A DNA stretch of 64,000 bases from a virus. Shown here one piece after another: positions 57,650 through 64,000 of the stretch. The position numbers and the translations under genes are program-made. Every line of letters starts with the position of its first letter. Position 1 is the first letter of the stretch. The notes below the pieces were generated by a model. The model searched no databases. It was given only the letters and a program-made list of their open reading frames with translations, and was not told where the DNA came from. The stretch covers positions 1 through 64,000 of the IMG/VR virus record IMGVR_UViG_3300019890_000003. One strand, given 5' to 3'.

Positions 57650-58816
57650 CTATTGGTATTGACAACCGGATCCTGATGTACCGGCGACGCTTCCTGGATA
57701 GTAGTTCAAGTTACCGCCGGATAGTGTTTCGATAACGCCGTTCAGGACGCAATCGAATTTCCCCCCGGTCACATTTCCAGCGCCGGTTATCGACGGAAGT
57801 ATTAGACCTTCAAAACCGGCACCTCGAGCGACTACAAAATATTGCACGGTTATTGGAGTCGTTATTACCATCGACGTAGTACCGGCGATAAATCCACCGT
57901 AATTTGCATCAAACACCGCACCGCATCCAGGATTGCATGCCTGACCAGTACTGGATCCAGAGACAGAAATTGTCCCAGAACCTACATTAACACTGGATTG
58001 CTGCGCGAAAACCCCATCCCCGTAGCATGTTCCAAAAATGATATTGGTAATCGTCAATGCTGTTTGTTGCTGTGCAAAAATACATGCGCCGAGACTGTCT
58101 GCGGGTGTCGAATCGGTCTGTATTAGGGTAAATCCGTTAAACGATTGGCCTGTGACTCCTGTAGCCGTAATGGTAGATGTCGTGCTTGACGAAATTACCA
58201 CAAGGGATGGAGTGCTGACGTTTCCTATCCAATTTACAAACCCATTCCCGCCAACCGGAAGTAGAACGACAGGAGCGTATGTGCCGGTGCCGACATTGAT
58301 GGTGATGGTGAATCCATTAGCATTGTATTTGCTGATGAACGTTGCGGCATGTTGCAAGGTTAGCCAACAGTTAGGTGACACCCCCGTGTTTGAATCGTTT
58401 CCGCTTGTCGCAACACAGAATGTCGTGGGGGCAAAAAGTATCGGTTGAGGTGAGATAGTGCTATCGAGCACATACTCTGTGCCGTCATACACCAATACCG
58501 TCAACTGACCGGCAACCATCTCTTGGCCGCCAAGAACAGTCAGACCGCTCTGAGTTGCCTTTTTAATCGCGGTAGCTGCCGTACCACCAACGGCCGCAGT
58601 TGCCGCCCCCGTGTTCGTCGCCGATGGGAGGAACCGGATAGGGACGCCAACCAAATCGGCGATAGAGGAAACGTTTGGAATGCCGATTACGATAGCGTTC
58701 GCCGTGCCGGTGGTTGTCGCCTGCCACGTTTGCTGCGATATGAATTGCGCGCTCGCCGGTATCGACGCCGCGAAGACAAGCGCGAGGCAAACTAAAATAT
58801 TCCTTATGGTCCGCAT
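57650..58816 (-). CDS. Tail fibre/beta-helix protein with signal peptide
   Basis: TGTANAI...RFLPSATNTGAAT; CVATSGNDSNTG...WLTLQHA...TINVGTGTY. Confidence 0.7.
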   Translation of the reverse strand: MRTIRNILVCLALVFAASIPASAQFISQQTWQATTTGTANAIVIGIPNVSSIADLVGVPIRFLPSATNTGAATAAVGGTAATAIKKATQSGLTVLGGQEMVAGQLTVLVYDGTEYVLDSTISPQPILFAPTTFCVATSGNDSNTGVSPNCWLTLQHAATFISKYNANGFTITINVGTGTYAPVVLLPVGGNGFVNWIGNVSTPSLVVISSSTTSTITATGVTGQSFNGFTLIQTDSTPADSLGACIFAQQQTALTITNIIFGTCYGDGVFAQQSSVNVGSGTISVSGSSTGQACNPGCGAVFDANYGGFIAGTTSMVITTPITVQYFVVARGAGFEGLILPSITGAGNVTGGKFDCVLNGVIETLSGGNLNYYPGSVAGTSGSGCQYQ

Positions 58817-59448
58817 CAGTAAACGCCTCCGACGTCCCAGAAATTACTACCGTAATAGGTGAATGACGCCTTCATGTGGTTGACATTCAAGACAATGAAC
58901 GATTGATTTGAAATCGTCATCCCAGCCGGTGCATTGATCGTAACCGGGAAGCCCTGAAAATTTCCGATTAGATCGGAATATGTGATCATTTGGCCGATCG
59001 ACGCGCCGCCAGGCAATGTCGTCGACGAGTTTGCTATGGATGTTGTTCGCTGCAGTCCTATCGCGCCATCGGTTGAGTTCGTTGTGAACACGCCGCTAAG
59101 CGTGATAATGCGCGGCGTGGCCGGGCTGGCGACAGATTGAAGAAAGGACGTCATCTGGCCGGCGGTGAGTTGGTGGATGAAGAAATCTCCAGCCAACCAA
59201 TTTAGGGGCGTCGTGCCCTCTTGGCCACGTAGCATCGTAACGGTGTCCGTTGCGATGGCGGTTACCTGAACAATTTCATTGAGAGTTTGCGTTGCGGCGT
59301 CGATAAGAGTGGCTGCGAAAACCTGTCCGGTACTTGGGACCGGGAACTCAATCCCCGATCCAGGCGCTAAATTCGCGGTGACAGCTACGTTTGTTATTGC
59401 TCCAGCAAGAGTCGAGTTTGCGTTGTTTTTGAATATAAAGGTGGTCAT
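58816..59448 (-). CDS. Tail fibre attachment/baseplate protein
   Basis: FKNNANSTLAGAI...NEIVQVTA...RGQEGT..LNW. Confidence 0.7.
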   Translation of the reverse strand: MTTFIFKNNANSTLAGAITNVAVTANLAPGSGIEFPVPSTGQVFAATLIDAATQTLNEIVQVTAIATDTVTMLRGQEGTTPLNWLAGDFFIHQLTAGQMTSFLQSVASPATPRIITLSGVFTTNSTDGAIGLQRTTSIANSSTTLPGGASIGQMITYSDLIGNFQGFPVTINAPAGMTISNQSFIVLNVNHMKASFTYYGSNFWDVGGVY

Positions 59449-60554
59449 GCGAACTCGCCTTTTGCATAGATGTGAACTATAACGGGAGAGAATTGAAATG
59501 GCATCTCAAGCGCACCTGTATCTACTGCCTCTTTAAAGATAGTTGATAGTGGCGGAACCACTTCGCTAACGAATGTTGATGTCACTGAATTGTATGGCCC
59601 AAAGTGATCGTTGTATGCGGCGCCTGGGATTGGGTTATAAACGTGCGATTTTGTGATTGTACGGAAGCCGGAGATAATAGTTATATTCAACTGCTGATTC
59701 ACGCCAAACGTGACACTAATCGAATATGTCGGGCCGTCAAAGTCCGCTCCGTTCTCTCCGAATAAGAACCTTATGATTCTGGCCTTTAGCCACAATGGCG
59801 AAAAATACTTCCCATCACCCTTAAAGAAGTGCCACGTGATGATGCGCTTGAAAATATCATCTGTAGTCGTGGCGACATTGCTAGAGCCAATAAACTGAAA
59901 CCCGTTGTAGGGGTTCTTCTGATTAAAATATTGTGTGTTGTACGGGCCGACAGAGTGAAAAGTGCCGGATGACAGAACTGGGCGCGCGAGCCCATAGATT
60001 CCAGCAGCGACCCAATCGAGGAGGGCGCCAAAGATTTGCGGTTGGGTGTAAATCGGAAGATTGATGGAATTGAACCAATCCACGAACTCTTGTGCATACG
60101 TGTTGTATGCGAGCACAAAAGCCTGGAGGTCGTCATCATCCGTGTATTGCTGATACAGGTAGCTTGGGAGGGCGGTTGTCAGACCGGTCGGACCTGACGG
60201 CGGGAATGATCCAACAAGAGGAGTAAAGAACGGAGGCGCCGGTTGCCACAGAATGGAAGTGAACTGATGACCACTCGTCGCCGCATTGACATAAATGCTG
60301 TTCGTACTGTTCGGCGTGGCAAAATAGAATTGGCCTGGGAGAAGTTCAAACGTCGTTTGGTTGGCGATAAGCCCAGGCGGCCCAACCTCGCTTACATATA
60401 TGGCCTCCGGGATTGCGATGCCCTGATCGCTTGCATTTAGCGGGTTCCAGATAACGCCGCCGGACAACAAGGCATGGATTGCGACAACCGGCGTGCCGCC
60501 AGTTATAATCGCGCTTGCGTTCCCGTGGAACAGATTGACGGGCGCAGACGTCAT
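59445..60554 (-). CDS. Baseplate wedge (DUF2612/gpI-like) protein with extra N-terminal domain
   Basis: PSYLYQQYTDDDDLQAF...LLDWVAAGIYG..RP...TDDIFKRIITW. Confidence 0.7.
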   Translation of the reverse strand: MTSAPVNLFHGNASAIITGGTPVVAIHALLSGGVIWNPLNASDQGIAIPEAIYVSEVGPPGLIANQTTFELLPGQFYFATPNSTNSIYVNAATSGHQFTSILWQPAPPFFTPLVGSFPPSGPTGLTTALPSYLYQQYTDDDDLQAFVLAYNTYAQEFVDWFNSINLPIYTQPQIFGALLDWVAAGIYGLARPVLSSGTFHSVGPYNTQYFNQKNPYNGFQFIGSSNVATTTDDIFKRIITWHFFKGDGKYFSPLWLKARIIRFLFGENGADFDGPTYSISVTFGVNQQLNITIISGFRTITKSHVYNPIPGAAYNDHFGPYNSVTSTFVSEVVPPLSTIFKEAVDTGALEMPFQFSPVIVHIYAKGEFA

Positions 60555-61987
60555 TAACCCTGTCCGATAACGACAAGCGTGGGATTAGTGAAAAAGAACG
60601 ATTCAGGATCCCCAGCGATTATCCCAGTGCCGCCGATCGGCGACGTGCCAATTCCATTGATCGACACGGCAAACACCATGCGGGTTAGAAGAGCTGGCGG
60701 CAGAACCGATTCAATCGCAGTCTGGAATGTCGCTTGCAACTCAAACAGGTTCATCGGTTGCCCGACCGAAATCGAATTGACATAGGTGACTAGAGCGGGG
60801 TTCCCGAGCTGCTCCACAGCAGCACCGCCGACGAAATTTACGGCCGATGTATTCCATGTGACGACGACGGCCACCGTTTGCTGTGGTGGACTAACGTAGA
60901 TAATATTATAGGTGTCCGGAAAGTCGACTATCGATACGGAATTGTTGCGTAGATTCGGTGTGAGATAGCCGCCGCCGATGTAAACGCTATATCCGACAGA
61001 CGTATCTAGCCCCGTGCTGAAATTCTTCTCATCAATCACCGTCACTGTGAGCGGAACGCCGTTGATTTGGTACATCCCAAGGACATTAAAGGCGGTAACG
61101 ATCTGTCCGTTGGAATAGCCGTGATTTAGTGCCGTCGTGACAACGGCGGGATTTGCCTGCGTGATGTTTGTGATCGACATCACCGATCCAACAATCGTCG
61201 ATGGATCGCCAATGGCTTGGAAAATCGCGAGCGCGACTTGGAAAGTGTCGCCACCGCCAACAATGACCTCCCATCCACCAGTTGTCTGCTGAAGGACAGA
61301 GATCAAATTTTGTTGAACGCCAGGGACATTTCCAACAAGCGTTTTCAGGAAGCGTGGCATTCCCTGACTTGCCGCGAGCCCAGCTTGGAGAACACGCGTG
61401 CGAAATTCCGACTCGGTTTCAGCCGCGAGGCCAGGCGTTCCTGGAGCGGGATTGGTAACGGTTACATTAAAGCCGGATGGAACCGACGTCACAAGTTGTG
61501 TGACCGTTCCGGCTAGAACCGCCCATGATCCAGAGACAGTTCCAAAAGCCGTGACAGGAAGTGAATTTCCGGTGACGGCGCCTATAATTGCCGCTTCTTG
61601 GACAGAATATTGGAACGTGCCGTCTGTGACGAGAAACCCGATGGGGATGATATATCCAGCAGGCCCGCTAAACACCACGTTGACGCTTGTGACGGTAGAA
61701 CCATGAAGGCCCGCATTGTTCCCTAGATATATCTGCCCAAGCTGATTACAGAGGAAAGCGTTTGCACCGAACGGTGTAATTGAATTAAGCAACTCGACGC
61801 GGAACGAATCCATTTCGACGATGGCGGCAACATCGGTGCTGCTGATATCCTCAATAAGCGTGCCAGGCAGGTTCGCCGTGTATCCAGGATTCGTCGCGGA
61901 GACTGATGCGACGAGGTTTTGTTCGATTGTCGTTGGCGGTATCGGCTGAAGGCCTGATGGAGCCATGACTGTGGGGAGTTCTGCCAT
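60554..61987 (-). CDS. Baseplate J/gp47 protein
   Basis: PGYTANLPGTLIED...GYIIPIGF...ETESEFRTRV; inserted FCCH-like domain ITNITQANPAVVTT..HG. Confidence 0.85.
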   Translation of the reverse strand: MAELPTVMAPSGLQPIPPTTIEQNLVASVSATNPGYTANLPGTLIEDISSTDVAAIVEMDSFRVELLNSITPFGANAFLCNQLGQIYLGNNAGLHGSTVTSVNVVFSGPAGYIIPIGFLVTDGTFQYSVQEAAIIGAVTGNSLPVTAFGTVSGSWAVLAGTVTQLVTSVPSGFNVTVTNPAPGTPGLAAETESEFRTRVLQAGLAASQGMPRFLKTLVGNVPGVQQNLISVLQQTTGGWEVIVGGGDTFQVALAIFQAIGDPSTIVGSVMSITNITQANPAVVTTALNHGYSNGQIVTAFNVLGMYQINGVPLTVTVIDEKNFSTGLDTSVGYSVYIGGGYLTPNLRNNSVSIVDFPDTYNIIYVSPPQQTVAVVVTWNTSAVNFVGGAAVEQLGNPALVTYVNSISVGQPMNLFELQATFQTAIESVLPPALLTRMVFAVSINGIGTSPIGGTGIIAGDPESFFFTNPTLVVIGQG

Positions 61988-63145
61988 TTATCCAGCTATC
62001 CAATTGGTGCCATTGCAGAACGCAGGGCATACGACGCCGCCGCCGCCGGCATCAATCAACGTTGACCCGAAAGTGGCGACAGAAGTGTTCGTCACGTAAC
62101 CCCTCAGGCCTCGATGGCTCGCTGGTGGATATGCCGCGTTAAGCCCCGTAACGGTATATGGATTGGTAAGCACGGTGTCGGCCGCCGACACGCCGGTTAT
62201 CGCGGCGCTCGTGCCGCTCACGGCGCCTGATGGAGATATCCCACCACCACCGCCACCACCACCGCCTGAAAACATCCCTCCGAGCGCGCTTAGGATCCCG
62301 GTAACATTGGTGTTGCCGCCGATATTCGTATTGCCGGAAATGTTGGTGGTTGGACTATTGATGTCGGTTTTCGGGGCAGTGACGTTTACCTGCGCCGACG
62401 AGGTAATCTGATGACCGCTTTGGCCAATCGCATGGGTGTGCTTGCCGCCGAACATAGATAGCAACAGGCCGATAGGGCCAGAACCGCCTTGAGGAACAAT
62501 AGACTGGGTATGATCACCATTTTGTTGATCCTTGATCGTATGCAGCAACCCGTTCAAGGGATGCAACAAAGATGTCATATTGTAAGTTGGGTTGGACGTC
62601 GGTCCAGTCTGTCCCTGCGCGCCGGTCGAACTTGTTACGCCGTTCGTCGGATGAACGATATGCTTGGCTTTTTTGTTCGTGTCCCGATGGACTGTACCTG
62701 TCGGGCCGTATCCCATGAGCGCCGTTTGATCGTCAGTCGGCGTGAAGTTCTGATTCCCAATCGGGGCGAAAACCAACGGGCTTAGGTTCCCTGGGTAGGT
62801 GAAGTTCGCTGGCGTGCTTGCCCCTAACCCAGAAATATTTCCCAGGTTCGCGGCGCCAGATGAAAGGACGCCCTTATCGCCAGGGGTGTCTCCGCTTGCT
62901 GGCTTGATCGGATACCGAATGTATTCTGGCCCCCAGAGCGGCATTGTTACGTTTGGCAGCGTCCAGGGACCTAGCGCCGTCCCCTGCGTCTCAAACTTCA
63001 GCGTCATGATCGTATTGGACTTATCGATCTTTACGACCGAGGCTGGCAAGTCCTTTGGATAGTTTTGGATGCGGCCGGCGGCTTGCTTATTTGCGCCGGT
63101 ATTCTGCTTGACGCCAAAATTATGTTTCTGGACGTCATTGGCCAT
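61988..63145 (-). CDS. Baseplate central spike (Gp138/gpV-like)
   Basis: OB-fold-like N-terminus PASVVK...GPEYIRYPI...GDKG; beta-helix NISGNTNIGGNTNVTG. Confidence 0.7.
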   Translation of the reverse strand: MANDVQKHNFGVKQNTGANKQAAGRIQNYPKDLPASVVKIDKSNTIMTLKFETQGTALGPWTLPNVTMPLWGPEYIRYPIKPASGDTPGDKGVLSSGAANLGNISGLGASTPANFTYPGNLSPLVFAPIGNQNFTPTDDQTALMGYGPTGTVHRDTNKKAKHIVHPTNGVTSSTGAQGQTGPTSNPTYNMTSLLHPLNGLLHTIKDQQNGDHTQSIVPQGGSGPIGLLLSMFGGKHTHAIGQSGHQITSSAQVNVTAPKTDINSPTTNISGNTNIGGNTNVTGILSALGGMFSGGGGGGGGGISPSGAVSGTSAAITGVSAADTVLTNPYTVTGLNAAYPPASHRGLRGYVTNTSVATFGSTLIDAGGGGVVCPAFCNGTNWIAG

Positions 63146-63998
63146 TAGATGTACCCGGATTCAGAAGCGCCTCAATAATAGTCACCCAGGCGTCACCAGA
63201 TGGTTGGCGAAAATTGCCTACATGCCGAATTGAGTTGATTGTGAACGTGCCTTGGAATGTAAGAGGAGTGTTTAAGCCTTGTTGTGCTTCGAACGTCGAT
63301 ATTACCGGAGTTGGCGGCAGCGTAACTTGATCGCCTGTTTTCAAATCACCGCGCATCACGGTTTTGATTGATATTTTTTTCTGCTCGATCCAAGTCGGCT
63401 GGCCAACTAGATCGATGAATTGGATCATCTTTGCGCCGGGCGGCGATGTCCCGTCATGCACGGTTATCTCGCCCTGTTGCATACAAAGGCCGACGCCTGG
63501 ATAGTTCTGCTGCCCAATCATTATTTGTTGGCTAATAGGGCGCAGGATCTTATTAAGCTCTTCCAAAGTGCCGCAATAATGAATCGTGTCCTGCGGCGCG
63601 ACAAGTTGCGAGCTGATGTTGATGTTTGCTGTTTGGTCTGGGTAAGCAGTCTGCAAAGTCTGTTGCAGGGCTTCGCTAAGGGTCTGCCCCTTTTTCCAAT
63701 TAACCACAATATTTTTAGGCGGTGGGTTCTGCGCGTTTGGTTGCGCCGGCGGGTCGGGTGCCGTTCCTGGGAAAACAACAAAATTCAAGGTCATATCAGT
63801 CATGACCCAATTACCCCAGCTTGAATAGACATATCCCTTAATTAGCGTTCCGTACTCAGACGATTGCGCAGTCGCCAGCGGTAGGCCTGGTGCCATCCCA
63901 GCCGACATGGTGAATGGTTGGTTTATAAATTGCGTGCCCTGGCTTATTGTCTCGAGCGCCTCGCCCCAAATTGTGATCTCGGCTGGCTTGAAAGTGTC
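63135..63998 (-). CDS. Baseplate hub protein (partial, open to the right edge)
   Basis: AGMAPGLPLA...GNW...DLVGQPTWI...VMRGDL...IRHVGNFRQP; frame stays open beyond 63908. Confidence 0.75.
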   Translation of the reverse strand, partial: DTFKPAEITIWGEALETISQGTQFINQPFTMSAGMAPGLPLATAQSSEYGTLIKGYVYSSWGNWVMTDMTLNFVVFPGTAPDPPAQPNAQNPPPKNIVVNWKKGQTLSEALQQTLQTAYPDQTANINISSQLVAPQDTIHYCGTLEELNKILRPISQQIMIGQQNYPGVGLCMQQGEITVHDGTSPPGAKMIQFIDLVGQPTWIEQKKISIKTVMRGDLKTGDQVTLPPTPVISTFEAQQGLNTPLTFQGTFTINSIRHVGNFRQPSGDAWVTIIEALLNPGTSNGQ

Positions 63999-64000
63999 CG

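Overview
The whole 64 kb window reads as one continuous temperate tailed phage with a contractile-tail (myovirus-like) baseplate. No host chromosomal genes are visible. The host is probably an alphaproteobacterium (Hyphomicrobiales-like), inferred from gene styles. Head genes run off the left edge and baseplate genes run off the right edge, both on the minus strand, and an apparently intact attP follows the integrase. This suggests a circularly permuted, extrachromosomal genome. Modules from left to right: head and packaging (1-8.4 kb); small membrane/secreted proteins and a glycosyltransferase (8.4-13 kb); a 13 kb accessory island (13.1-26.4 kb); an inverted early cassette punctuated by repeated structured RNA elements (26.4-28.2 kb); a degenerate tRNA-like RNA; replication and a cro/cI-type switch (28.7-36 kb); early/recombination genes, xis, int and attP (36.4-48.4 kb); lysis and accessory genes (48.5-53.5 kb); and fibre/baseplate genes (53.7-64 kb). 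The accessory island contains a 1290-aa protein with about 21 unfamiliar F-x4-Y-x-D repeats and signal-peptide-bearing glycan-active proteins. Most notable observations: (i) a family of exported modular proteins sharing a Cys-pair tag after the signal peptide, next to a repeat-rich possible scaffold; (ii) a gene across attP that fuses a copy of the integrase N-terminal domain to a GIY-YIG-like domain and ends in the same KDVRL tail as the Xis-like protein; (iii) three covarying RNA-like elements placed at stop codons; (iv) an anticodon-less tRNA mimic; (v) a genome-wide 14-bp operator located in promoter spacers. All family assignments come from motif recognition by eye; no searches were run.
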